From assembly GCF_009914755.1 (NCBI RefSeq), contig NC_060945.1: a DNA stretch of 64,000 bases; one strand, written 5' to 3'. The stretch is from the human T2T-CHM13v2.0 reference genome, Homo sapiens. This document shows positions 1-12,209 of the stretch, piece after piece. The notes under the pieces were generated by a model. It was not told where the DNA came from, ran no database searches, and saw only the letters and a list, made by a program, of their open reading frames with translations. Numbering within the stretch: the first letter of the stretch is position 1; every line of letters starts with the position of its first letter. Both the position numbers and the translations under genes were made by a program.

Positions 1-189
1 GAACTATTTCAGATTTCAATAGCAAATGCTCATCCTGGCTAGGAAAAAAGAAATTTTAATAGGACCAATTGTATTCTTTTATCCATGGCATTGTTTAGAT
101 ATTTAAATTACCAAACTTATTTTTTTCTGGCTAAATTATCTCAGGCCTTGTAAACAAAACATGGTAAGATCTGTGGAAGAAAAAGAGAA

Positions 190-615
190 GTTTATTTTCT
201 ATTTTGCTATAACAAAAGCAACAACAAAAACCCACCTGCAGATTGGGAAGGCACAGCCTTCAGTGTAAGTGAAGTGTGCTCTCTGAAGGATAAAGAAAAG
301 ACTATAGGTTTTATAAAAAGGAGAAATGTTACACATGGTTCTTTGGGAAATTTCATTGGCACTAATAATGTTTTGAGGAGCTGGCAAGCTCTGATTGCTA
401 AGTCACTGCAGCAGAAAAACTAGTCTGAGTATAAGTTGCGGCAGGTTGTTTCAGCAGTCATCTGATAAAACCACTTTCAGGTTACAGCAGGCATTCTTAG
501 CTGCCAGCCTTGCAGAGAAACACATTTTTGGATCAATGTGTTGTGCCCTGAGTGCTTATTCCCCATGGCTTCTCCAGTCCATTTTAGTTGGGTATGACAA
601 AAATGACCCAGCTCT
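190..615 (-). mobile_element. ERV1-class solo LTR fragment (MER67-like)
   Basis: The reverse complement contains GGGTCATTTTTGTCATACCCAACTAAAA...CACTCAGGGCACAAC...AATCAGAGCTTGCCAGCTCC...AGTGCCAATGAA, matching my recollection of an MER67-type LTR. The subfamily is uncertain. Confidence 0.55.
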
Positions 616-689
616 TATAATCAGCTTTCAGTCTTTATAGTTTTCTTCATAGACCAGTTCCTCCATTTTCTTACTGTGGTGGAGATGGC

Positions 690-1150
690 TAAGATTATCT
701 GTTACCTCCTTGTTTGTAGTAGAAGTAGAGCTCTCCTGATTTTTGAGCTGGGCAGCTGGCTGCCTTTCTTTATGTTGGCAGGCTCTCCTGTGGTGGGGTG
801 TGGCTATATCACTGTGTTCACACTAATCGATGTAAGCTGGAATGAGGTGTGCAATTTCCAAGTCATCCTTGACTCACACACTTGCCAGAGATTTCCTTTC
901 TTTTTTACACATGCCTCCTATTGGACAGAGCAAGGGCATTGACTCTTGCTTGGCCATTCAGGTATAAAGGAAACCTTTGTGGATAGCAAAGAAATGAAAT
1001 TAACTAGGGTTTTAAACAATTCTGTGCAGCAAAGTCCCCACCTGCTTGGACTAGCTAGAGTGTTATATGATACAGAAATGAATTTTTATCTTATATAATC
1101 CAGTGTATTTTTAGACTTATTGTTATAGCCTAGTTATTATTCTAACACAT
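690..1150 (+). mobile_element. Old MLT1-family (MaLR) LTR, highly diverged
   Basis: Has the CTCCTGATTTTTGAGCTGGGCA 5' motif and an MLT1-like 3' end (AGAAATGAATTTTTATC...TTGTTATAGCCTAG...CTAACACA). Confidence 0.5.
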
Positions 1151-1167
1151 TTAGCATTTAAATTATC

Positions 1168-1499
1168 TTTTTTTTTCTTTTTCTTTTCTTTTCTTTTTTC
1201 TTTTTTTTTTTGAGACAGCGTTTCCCTCTGTCTCCCAGGATGATGTGCATTGGTGCAATCTTGGCTAATTGCAGTCTCAACATCCTGGGGGCAAGCAATT
1301 CTCCCACCTCAGCATCCCCAATAGATCAATAAATGGAACCACAGGCATGTGCCATCACACTTGGCTAATTTTTGTATTTTTTGTAGAGACACCGTTTTGC
1401 AATGTTGCCCAGGCTGATCGCCAACCCTGCACTCAAGTGATCTGTCCGCCTCTGTCTCCCAAAGTGTTGGGATTACATGCATGAGCCACAGTGCCCAGC
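1168..1499 (-). mobile_element. AluJ, full length, antisense
   Basis: T-rich tail at 1168-1211, then GAGACAG...CTCCCACCTCAGC...ATGTTGCCCAGGCTG...CCCAAAGTGTTGGGATTACA...GTGCCCAGC. J-type diagnostics and high divergence. Confidence 0.9.
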
Positions 1500-2154
1500 A
1501 AAACTTGTTTTGTTGACATTTTTACTAATTGTAGCAAATAAATAATCACAGACAAATTAAATTATATGTTAACACACAGTCATGGATTTTGACTGATTAT
1601 TTACTTTTCCTGATAATTTGTGAGTACATCAGCTTTTGTAACCTCAAAGAATGTGTTTAATATAACCTAGACACGAAAGCCTAATGTAAGCAGATGCCTC
1701 ATGACTTGAATCTACCCAGAGTCCATATACAGCTAATCATACATGCACTAAAAAGATTCATTGCCAATTGTTTTTTATGAATTATAGATATTAGATGATA
1801 TGGCTTGAAGAAAAATAGCATCAATCAGCAAACCTCCCCTTTGGGCATCTTCATATTGATCACAAAGTTCTTTGGGGTCCTGCCTTCTGAAATTAATATA
1901 TATATATATAAATTAATATATATAACTATATATTAGTTATATACTTTTATTTTTAGCGATATTCATCTTTGATTCTTATTTAAACACTATTATGCAAAAC
2001 AAGAATCCTAGAAGTTAGCATGGCCTACCGCATTTCTTAAAAAGCAGTTCAGTCACCATTTATGGTCACTTGAAGCTATTATCTCTGTTTCTCCCTGCCT
2101 TTCTTAAGTGTTGCACCCATTTATTACACATATACAAATTCACTGTGTTTTCCC

Positions 2155-2555
2155 TGTCATAGTTTTAAGATATGTCCACTCATCTTTCAACACTTCTTCC
2201 TAGAAAAGTACAACCTAATTCTCCTACCTCTGACTATGGACTGAACTGGACTTGCTAATTTAGAACAGAATATGCCAGAAGTAATGGTATGTGACACCCA
2301 AGGTGGGTCATAAAAGACGTTGAATCCCTGAACCTTCTATCTTGCTCGCCTTCAGGGATAACTCACTCTAGAGGAAAGCAGTTGCCATGCCATAAAGACA
2401 CTCAAGCAGCCCTCAGGGAGGCCTAAGTACCAAGGAACTGAGGCGTTCTGCCAAAAACCATGTCACTAAGCCATCTTAGAAGCAGTCCCTATAACCCCAC
2501 AAGAGGTCTCACATGACTGTAAACCCAGCTGACATCTTGACTGCAAATTCATTAA
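2155..2555 (+). mobile_element. MLT1F-type (MaLR) LTR, 3' truncated
   Basis: GTTTTAAGATATGTCCAC...CCTAATTCTCC...GGTCATAAAAG...GGAAAGCAGTTGCCATG...ACACTCAAGCAGCCC...GGAACTGAGG...CCCAGCTGACATCTTGACTGCAA matches the MLT1F/F1 consensus. Confidence 0.8.
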
Positions 2556-5036
2556 GTGATAGATAACTGGTTTAAATTACGTTATAATTAAAGATAATTT
2601 TAAAGTAAGATAACTAGTATTGAGTAAAAGAAATAAACATCTGAAATGTTTACCTTATACCAGGAATGAGATAGGCACAATCACCCTTCCCTTTTCCATG
2701 TCATTTAGGGAGATATTACTCGCTTAAGATTAGGGAATGGACTTCTATTCAAATAAAAGTAATTTTATATTATATTTGCAGATGTGACTGTTTTAAAGCA
2801 AGCCTGTTTTCTATTTAATAAAATTAAGTATGTGTACCTCCATCACCCATCTCATCATCTTACCATTTACAAAATTTCCACGTAAAATTACTCTATTTGA
2901 TTTGACTTAATCAGAATATGGATAGAATTTGTTTTCTTTGAATAAATAGGCAGATTTCTAGTCAACTTTAAAAAATTATCTAGCTGTAATGTTTCTCCAC
3001 CCTAGATTCTCACTTTGTGTTCAAAACCATCATTTAATTTAGGTGTATGATGTGTTGAGAGTTGAATCTGTAACATCATTTGTGGTCTCTAAACTCTTGA
3101 CACTAAGATACACTGTAACACCTTTACATTGATATGTCTTCTCTGATTTGTGTCTCTGGTTTAAAATATATTTTTCATTTCCATGTTTTTATTGCAGTTT
3201 GAAGTGTCATAGAGAAGATGACAATCATGTTTCACATAACTGGATTATCTCCAAAATTGAGTCTGATGAGAACAATGCCATTCAGGATGGTTATTAAAAA
3301 TGTTAATACTCTAAGAAGGAACATGGAGTTCTAACCATCTGTCTGAGAACTAAATCCCATTATTATATTAAATCATGCAAATTATTTTGTAGAAAGTGAC
3401 ATACAAGGTCACTTGTATGTATGTATTGTATTGACATACAATATTTGTGTTGAAAAAAATATATTGTATTGAAAAATATAGTAAATGTATACAGGCAAAT
3501 GTTCACTTTGATAAACCAGATTTTCAAAAATAATACAAAGTTAATTTTTTAAATGCTATGGGATGAATAAAATTAACTTGGAAAGGTAAACATAAAAATG
3601 ATGAAAATAATATCTAGAGGAAAAGTTTGAGATGCTGTAAATAAATGATTTTTTCTGTTTGCAGAGCGAAACGTCTTTTGTTTTATCATGTACCTATGTA
3701 TTTATTTTCTGAAACATTACTGATTAATGCACTTACACAAGTTTATAAATCTAAACACTATTTTTTATTTTTAAAATATGTAAAAATTGCCACATTTACT
3801 CAGTGAATCATGCTTACAATCTATTTTCTTGGAATATTTTCTGTGTTATATGAAAAATAATAGTTTAGATAATAGCTTTTCCAAAATGAGACAATAAAAC
3901 AGATAATTTCTTTTACTCACTGTTCTGAGGAGTATGCTTATAAACTACTTGCCATCTATTCAATGAAGAAAGTTTCCTAACCACTTGTATGTGAACAGTT
4001 TGTCCCTTAGAATAAAATTTTGACACTGTCATGTCAGAAAGAACCATTATATGAATGAAAATGTATGAGTTAATAATTATGTGTTTCTTGAATTAAATAT
4101 TTATGAGCAATTTGCCCAACTAAGAGAACTTTAACCAGGCATTTTTGACTGTATTTTTTAATTCATGAAGGAATCAGGAAAAATCTTTGGATAGAACATT
4201 AGATGAGCCAATTGCTGAATAAATGGAACCAGAGTTGAAATGGACACAGTAAAATGAAGAAACTGAAAAGGAAAATAGAAGTTACATTGCAAAATTGGAA
4301 GTTGTATTGGTTAGATTTCCATCAGATGGGGTATTTATGAATTCTAAAAGAAAAAATCTACCTATACTTATTATATGTATTAGGTAGAAATGAAGTATTT
4401 AAAATGACCACTTAAACATTTAGTCTCAGTCATTTATTTGGGGACTGAGAGTGGAGCCTGGAAAACCAGAAAGGAAAGTAGAACAGAAATTACAGAATGA
4501 GGCAATAATAGCTTTATTTACTATAAACATGATTTTGATATAATGTGTTTATATATCTTGTTCTGCTTCAGGAAAACTTTAGTAAACTAAGCTGCAGATA
4601 ATTTGGTATTTTTCAAAACACATCCATATGGAAGAGAGACTGCATATTTCTAGTGTGAAATTAATTTCAAATTGAATCAGGTAATAAAAGCTCAATGAAA
4701 TATCATGTGTAATTTTTATAAAACTAAGTAAAATTATTTTTAAAAATTCATATATTTGAAAGTTATCTATGCTTTGATACTCATATTTCTTTTTATTTTA
4801 CAAGCAATATAGTTTATTTACTCTTTACAAATATATTAAAAAATCCCACCATTGGCAATCATTCTCTACCTAAAGTTGTAAAGTTGTATCAGCCATTTTT
4901 TTTCTCACTTATATTTTACCCAGGATCATGCTGAAACAGTGCCTATAACTGGTCATTACCACAAACATGTGTAATTGCTCCCAAAATTTTCTTCCAAAAA
5001 ATTTCCTACTTGACCCCCCCATATTAAACTTAGAAC

Positions 5037-5260
5037 TATATATATACACACACACACACACACACATATGTATACTAATAGTTCATATATGTGTGTGTGT
5101 GTATATATACACATACGTGTGTGTGTGTATATATATGTGTATATATGTGTATATATGTGTATATATATGTATATATGTGTATATGTATATGTATACGTAT
5201 ATATATGTATATATATGTATATATGTATATGTATACGTATATATATGTATATGTATATAC

Positions 5261-5301
<41 letters not shown>
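5037..5301. repeat. Compound (TA)n/(CA)n/(TATATG)n microsatellite
   Basis: Directly visible. It explains the YIYV/HTHT ORFs at 4967-5360. Confidence 0.97.
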
Positions 5302-5306
<5 letters not shown>

Positions 5307-5663
5307 TTAGTCTGTTTGCATGCTGCTATGAAGAAATACCCGAGGCTGAGTAATTTGTAAAGGAAAGAGGTTTAATTGACTCAAGGTTCCACAGGGCTGG
5401 GGAGGCCTCAGGAAATTTACAATCATGATGGAAAGAACCTCTTCACAGTAAAGCATGAGAGAGAATGAGAGTGCTGAGCAAAGGGGAAAGCTCCTTATAA
5501 AACATTCAGATCTCATGAGAACTCCCTCACTACCACAATAACAACATGGGGGGGAAGCTGCTCCTATGATTCAATTATCTCCACCTGGTCCTGCCCTTGG
5601 TGTGTGGGGGCTATTACAATTCAAGCTGAGATTCGGGTGGGGACACAGAGCCAAACCATGTCA
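5302..5663 (-). mobile_element. THE1D-type (MaLR) solo LTR
   Basis: GTATTAGTCTGTTT...AAAGAGGTTTAATTGACTCA...GGGGAGGCCTCAGGAAATTTACAATCATG...GGGTGGGGACACAGAGCCAAACCATGTCA, the reverse complement of TGAyATGGTTTGGCTCTGTGTCCCCACCC. Confidence 0.92.
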
Positions 5664-5978
5664 AGAATTATCCAAATCTCACATTTTAAAAATCCAGATA
5701 TTCAAGAATCTCAAAAAATACTAAGCAGGAAAATTCAAAGAAAAATACTTCTAAGAGTACTAGAAGAAAATAAGATTACATGCTAATAACTTCCATGAAA
5801 ATAGACGCAAAAATCCAAAGTAAAATATTAGGAAATTGAATCCAGCAACATATAAAAAATAATAAAACAAAAGCATGAAGGCTAACCCCAGAGATGCAGT
5901 TGTTTTGACATTTGAAAATTAATTGATTTATCACATTAATAGAATAAAGTAGAAAAAATATGTTTATTCTAATAGACG
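5664..5978 (+). mobile_element. Old L1 (L1M) fragment, continued after the MaLR insertion
   Basis: ATAGACGCAAAAATCC...AAAATATTAG...ATCCAGCAACATATAAAAAA...CCCAGAGATGCA is degenerate L1 ORF2 RT-region sequence. Confidence 0.75.
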
Positions 5979-6263
5979 GTGTATTAGTCCATTCTCACAC
6001 TGCTATAAAGAAAAACTACCTGATACTGGGTAATTTATGAAGGAAAGAGGTTTAATTGACTCACAGTTCCACATGGCTGGGCGGGGGGCACTCAGGAAAC
6101 TTACAATCGTGCTGTAAGAAGAAGCAAGGTACATCTTATAGGGTGGCAGGAGAGAGAAAAAGCACAGGGGAAACTGCCACTTTTAAACCATCAGATCTCA
6201 GAATATGCTGGGATTACAATTTGAGATGAGATTTGGGTAGGGACACAGAGCCAAACCGTATCA
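5979..6263 (-). mobile_element. THE1/MST-family (MaLR) 3' LTR with an internal deletion
   Basis: TGTATTAGTCCATTCTCACACTGCTATAAAG...ACACAGAGCCAAACCGTATCA. The segment between CAGATCTC and GGGATTACAATT is missing relative to consensus. Confidence 0.9.
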
Positions 6264-7266
6264 TTTCGCCCCAGCCCCTCCCAAATCTCATATCCTTTTC
6301 AGATTTCAAAATCAATCATGCCTTTTCTACAGTCCCCCAAAGTCTTGACTCATTCCAGCATTAGCTCAGAAGTCCAAGTCCAAAGTCTCATCTGAGACAA
6401 GGCAAGTTCCTTTTGCCAATGAGCCTGTAAATTTTAAAACAAGTTAATTACTTCCAAGATACAATGGGGGTACATTGCAAATATTGAGTAAATATTTATA
6501 GGCATTGAGTAAATATTACCATTCCAAATGAAAGAAATTGGCCAAAATAAATGAGCTACAGGCCCCATGCAAGGCCAAAATCTGGCCTGACAATCATTAA
6601 ATCTTAAGCTCCAAAATGATCTTCTTTGACTTGATGTCTCATATTCAGGGCATGCTGATGCAAGGGGTGGTCTCCCACAGCCTTGGGCAACTCCACCTCT
6701 GTGTCTCTGCAGGGTACAGCTCCTGCAGCTGCTTTCCTGGGCTGGCATTGAGTATCTGTGGCTTTTCCAGGTGCAGGGTACAAGCTATTGGTGGGTCTGC
6801 TTTTCTGGGGTATGAAGGGTGGTGGCCCTCTTCTCACAGCTCCACTAGGCAGCACCCCAGTGGGGACTCTATATGTGGTTCCAACCCCACATTTCTCTTC
6901 TGCACTTCTCTAGCAGAGTTTCTTCATGAGGGCTCCACCCCTGCAGCAGACTTCTGCTTGAACATGAAGGCTTTTTCATACATCCTCTGAAATCTACGCA
7001 GAGGTTCACAAACATCAACTCTTGTCTTCTGCAAACCCACAGGCCCAACACCACACAGAAGCTGCCAGTGGTTGGGGCTTAAACCCTCTGATGCAATGGC
7101 CTGAGCTGTACTTTGGCCCTCTTTAGCCACAGCTGGAGCTGTAGTGGTTGGGATGGAGAGCATCATGTCCTGGGGCTGCACAGAGCAGTGGGGCCCTGGG
7201 CTTGGCCCACAAAACCATTTCTCCCTCCTAATTTTCTGGGCCTGTGATGAGAGGGACTACTGTAAA
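6264..7266 (-). mobile_element. THE1/MST internal sequence (3' part, with polypurine tract), 5' portion lost
   Basis: The PPT-like GATTTGGGAGGGGCTGGGGCGAAA (minus strand) abuts the LTR. Typical internal motifs CAAAGTCTCATCTGAGACAAGGCAAG, CCACTAGGCAGCACCCCAGTGGGGACTC and GGCTCCACCCCTGCAGCAGAC are present. The ORFs at 6434-7181 are MaLR-derived. Confidence 0.92.
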
Positions 7267-7319
7267 AATCAGGAGAGCTCTATTTCTACTACGAAGTAGT
7301 AGAAAGTTTTCCCTCTTTT

Positions 7320-7980
7320 ATGATATTAGCTTGCAGAAAATTAGAAATAGAAGACATCTTTCTTAATCTGATGAAGAATTTCTACAGGAAGCCCACAAGT
7401 AGCATCATGCTAAATGCTAAAACTTCGTACAATATCTCTTCAGAAAGAGTTATAAGGCAAGGTGAAAGATAAGAAAGCCCAAGATTGCCACTTCTATTCA
7501 ATATTGTATTAGAGGTGCTCGCTAGTGGAATAGGCAAATAGAAAAAAATAAAAGGCATTCGAACTAAGAAAAACAAAAATTATCCCCATTCACAGATAAT
7601 GTAACTGATAGGCAGAGTATCCAAAGGACTACGCAGACAAACTATTAAAATTAATATTTGAATTTGTTAAGATTTATATATAAGGTAAATTTACTAAAAC
7701 TCATTGTGTTTCTATATATTAGCAGGGTGGCATGCAAAATGTCAAGAGTAAGCACATTAAAAGCTGCTCAAAGTCATTATTAACCAAGAGAAAAAAGTCA
7801 ACATCAGAGTTAATACTATTACAACCCCACCAGATGAGCTAAAATTAAAACAAAATGAGAGAAAAACTGACTAGTGTTGGTGAGAATGTGAGCAGAGGGA
7901 ACTGTCATATATTGCTGCAGCAATGAAAATGGTACTACCACTTTGAAAAAAAACTGTTTGGAAATTATTAATAAAAGACT
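7320..7980 (+). mobile_element. Old L1 ORF2 fragment (RT region plus a downstream piece)
   Basis: CCACTTCTATTCAATATTGTATTAGAGGTGCTCGCTAG encodes PLLFNIVLEVLA (an L1 RT motif), followed by KIKGI-like sequence. Disrupted. Confidence 0.85.
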
Positions 7981-10534
7981 TATGAAAAGAAGTACATACT
8001 AATTGGTATCAGGGAACTACAATAGCAATGAAATACCAATTCAGAACCTTTGACAAAAATTAAACAATCTGATAGTATAAAAGAATTTTATGGTATAAGA
8101 ATATAAGGAAATATAAATAAGTACAGTCATGTCGAAGAGAAAGTGAGCAATATGCAAGAAAGTTACAGATATTTTCAATCGACCAAAATATAATTCTGCT
8201 TTTAAGTGTAAACCATAAAAAAACCTTAAATGTATGTAGGTTTATAGTAAGTAGATGTGGTCCAAGGAAACATGTACTAAAACTTCTTGGTAATTCTTTT
8301 GACTATTTAGATTTTCCTGTTATATAATTATCTATTTTTTTATTGAAATGTTTGCCATGTCTTACTACATGTTCTAGAATTTTTAAACTATTATTACTTC
8401 TCTTTTATCTTCATGTCATTTGCTTCTTCATATCTACTCTTGTTTGTGTGTGTATTTTCTCTACTTTTTAATGATCAAGCTTGAGATTTACAGTTTGTTC
8501 ATATTTTCATTAGCATTTGGATTGATAACATTCCCAATTACTTAATATTTTCAAAATTATTTTTTTATTTTTCAATTGTTATTTTCATAGTTTCTTTTTA
8601 TATTTCTTTAGATTTAAGATTTTAATACATGCACCTAAGTTTAAATATTACCATTTAATCCCTGCTTAGTTGCATTGCTCAAATTTCAATTTGTAGATGT
8701 TATTCATTATTCAACAATAATTGCAACAACAACAAAAAACAACTCTACTTTCCTATAGGACAAAAAGAGAGAAGAGTTTCTATATTTATGATAGTGTTAC
8801 TTTTTCCCCCTTTCACCTTTGCATGATTTTGACATTTTACTGAGGCTTCCTTAATCCTCACTGTGTCACTGTGGGCTGCATTAAGCTCTGTGTGCTGGCT
8901 TTATGCTTATTTAAAAAGGTGATTGAAATACACTATCATCTAGGGTCAGGCCTTCTCTAATTAGGCAGAAACATCTGGTCTCCCTCAAGTGTCTATGTTA
9001 AATGGTTTATTATTAATTTTGTATGTTAATGATTTGGAACCCTTTAATTTTATGAAGCCAGGAGGATTATTATTTTTGCCAATGACCCACATTACATGAA
9101 AAAAAGCTATAAATTATTTTTTGGTAATAAAACATTGATGTGATACGAACGTTGCTTAAAGTTACATAGCAATGTTATACAAATTAATTCAATGATTATT
9201 GTTTAAATCAATACAGAATAATCTTGCCAAAAAAACAAATAAATTAAATAATTTGAATAACCAATGCCAGAATAGTTATCTCATCAAAACAAATAGTTCT
9301 AGTTAGCAAAAAAATTAAAATATAAATAAAGCAATACACAGTAAATTTGATTTTTTCCAAGATATTTAATAAACGTTATACATTTACATTTATAAGAGAT
9401 TCAGAACCAATGTTTTAAGAATGGCTATCAATGGTAAATTGCAGTTTAGAATATTTATTCTCAAATAAACACTGCTTTAAGATTATTTTATATCTGTCAA
9501 CAAAATTTGCTTAAAAAATTTCAAGATCACCCTGAGAATATGCCCTAGCAGGCTATTGTTTGTGTATGTAAATGTATAAATATAATATTGACTTATGCGG
9601 TTGGAACCAAGATGTAGTTTAGTATAATAATCCTATGAATCATTCACACTTTCAAAATGTTAATTTGCTTGAATTAGTTTTTCTGAATTTTCTCACAAAT
9701 TATTCCGATTAGGTATAATTTACTACTCGCTACATCTCCAAGTCTCCGTAAGATCAAGACCATAGATATTTCACATCCTCTATGCAGCGACTGGCACAGT
9801 TTCTCATTTTCAGGTCATCCTTCTTTGTCCCTTGGTTTTTCTCTAATTTATACATAGCCAATATATTTTCATCATTCAATGTAATTAAGTGTCTACTAAG
9901 GAAAAACTAAATATCTTTTATTTGAAACTTGATATATGATTGCTTTTGTTATTGCCATTTTTAAATATAATTTTTCACATTACTTAGCAACTCTAATCTT
10001 ATGGCAGATGCAGCCAATATAGCATATAGAAATAAATAAAAGCATCGATGTGCATTCTTCTCATGTAAATGTGTTATACATCAGAGATGCTGCCAACTCT
10101 TACTCATTTTCAACCTTGAATTAAATGCAGAATGTGGCTGGCAAATTATGTCTTAAATATCTGACTCAAAATTTCAGTAGATATTCTATCCCATTATGTA
10201 AATTTAGATATCCATCTGGTACATGGTATTTTTTTTTTCATAGCCAACCTCAGGATTCAGACTATACTGCTTCTATTTCAAAATAACTAGATTAAAGCTC
10301 ATGGTATCCTTATATTAGCAGCACCATAAAACTCTTAAGTTTCCACAATTATGTTTCCAAATATTTGGGGGAAATCTGAATTGTCAAATTCCTTAGAGCT
10401 CTCTTATGGCTAAAATAAGTTAAATATATTATATATAACTTACATATAACTTTTAGCAATTCCAAAGTTAGTAAAACCAGGTTTTGGTAGATTTCCACAT
10501 GAACTTGTACTTTTAGAAGTATAATTAAGTAATA

Positions 10535-11020
10535 TATTTGCTGCAGGTAGGTTACCTGAAATAGAGTAGTGGAGGCAAAAGCTGGGTTAAAGCTTTATTG
10601 GGGGAGTGTAATGCCAATGAAACCAGGGGAAAGAAAGAAGGAAGAGGCAGCCGATGGAAGAGACAGCTGAGGAAAGGAGAAAATATCAGAGGTACATTTC
10701 CCAGCTGGCCACAGTTCTCAAAAACCAAACCGACTGCTCTATCTTGGGGACGTCTAGAGATAGTCCAAGTGAAATGATCACATCTTGGGATTTTTCTTTT
10801 GAGGTTGGGAGTGGGATTGCAACAAATTGTGAAATATTCACTAATTGATCCTCCTGTTCTCCTCCCTCTCACCATCAAAGTTGGCTGCATAATCATTATC
10901 ATCATTGCAATTCCCACTTGTGGTAGCTGGTCCCGCCAGGCCACTTCAGGAGGAAGAAGCCACAGCTTTAACCACTTCAACCTGGCAAGTCTGTAGACCT
11001 CATGGCTTCTCATTGTCAGT
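10535..11020 (-). mobile_element. ERVL LTR relic (LTR16/LTR33-like)
   Basis: GC-richer island beginning GCAGGTAGGTTACC...AAAGCTTTATTGGGGGAGTG...purine-rich GGAAAGAAAGAAGGAAGAGG, typical of antisense LTR16/33 ends. Confidence 0.4.
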
Positions 11021-11033
11021 CATTAGTACGTGG

Positions 11034-11155
11034 GTATATTAGTTATCTACTTCTGAGCAATAAATTATCCCAAAACTTAGCGGTTTCAAGCAGCAAATAT
11101 TTATTATGTTAGCTTCTGGAATGATGACAGTCTGGTTGTTGGCTGGGGCCATTCT
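11034..11155 (-). mobile_element. MLT1 LTR 3'-end fragment
   Basis: TATATTAGTTATCTAC...ATAAATTATCCCAAAACTTAGCGGTTTCAAGCAGCAAATATTTATTA. Confidence 0.7.
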
Positions 11156-12190
11156 TAAAGGAACATCCAAATTGATTCATTTATGTTTATTAAATGTATG
11201 TGTTGTTCCTCTTTATTTTCTTCCCCACTCAAGTGGTGATTTAATTGGGAAATTGGTGCAAGTGTTAAGCAGCTAAACACGAAAACAAATCTTTGTTAAC
11301 AAAAATACTGATAGCTTGTATTTATGGTCTTGTGTGTTTTATCATTTCTCTATAATTAGGCAGTATTGGTGAACTAATCATCAGCAGGCTTGGAAGATCA
11401 TAGACTTATACAGCGAAGTATATTCACAACTGAAAGTAATTCAGAAAATAGGCTATCTGCAGCTAGGACGGACCCCTATTAGAAGAGTAAACAGCAGAAA
11501 TATGTAAGCCTAGTTCCTTCCTCATTCCAAACTCAGCAGTAAGCTAAGTCACTCTTCCAGTGGGTGAGTTGGTGGAAAGTCTAGGGAATGCTACTAATGG
11601 CCAAAGGCTATAGCAGCACAAGAAAGGAAACGGAAGGAAAAACAATATTTGCATTTAATAAAGGAAAATGAATAAATTTAAATGTTGCAATAAGCATGAT
11701 TCATAAATTATGAGCATTGGTAAAAATATGATAAAGCTGCTATTAATTTTTACAAAACCAGAATACTACCTAAATTTAAAAATCATGAGTTTTTATTAAG
11801 GTACACTTCTGGAAAAATCTCAGTGAGAAAGGTAAATTTATATTACATAACTAGTGATGCTTTCTGTGCATTTCTCATTGGTTATTTCTGAACTGTTGGC
11901 ATCTCTGTATAAACTGGTAGAATTGAAAGTTAAGATATGTGCTTACTAATGAAGAAGGGATAACGTGCAACAAATCAGGATTAAATGGTTTACCAAGTCT
12001 TTATGAAACTAGGTAATTCATAATAATTTGCTATAAAGAAATAGAAGTTAGCTAATGAAAGTTTCATATTACTTTCCATTAAATATAAGTATTCAATACA
12101 GTCATTATTTTACTTTGTTGTGAATAAGCCCCAACAACATTTTAAAACGAAATTAAATCATTTTAACAATGCTTTTTTCTTGCATTAATG

Positions 12191-12209
12191 TAACCACCTG
12201 GTGGCACTA
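12191..12209. promoter_or_regulatory. Candidate CTCF-binding motif
   Basis: TAACCACCTGGTGGCACTA resembles the consensus TGGCCACCAGGGGGCGCTA, and the reverse strand reads GCCACCAGGTGG. It lies in unique sequence. Confidence 0.35.

Noticed and set aside
3198-3297. Strong acceptor (TTTTTATTGCAG) followed by a ~32-codon open frame
   Set aside because: No convincing donor, and the peptide is unrecognised.
4967-5360. ORFs rich in YIYV/HT
   Set aside because: Microsatellite translations.
6434-7181. Overlapping 61-124 aa ORFs
   Set aside because: They lie within decayed THE1/MST internal sequence and are fragmented.
10552-11013. 153-aa minus-strand ORF
   Set aside because: No recognisable domain, and it overlaps a probable ERVL LTR relic whose higher GC content lengthens chance ORFs.
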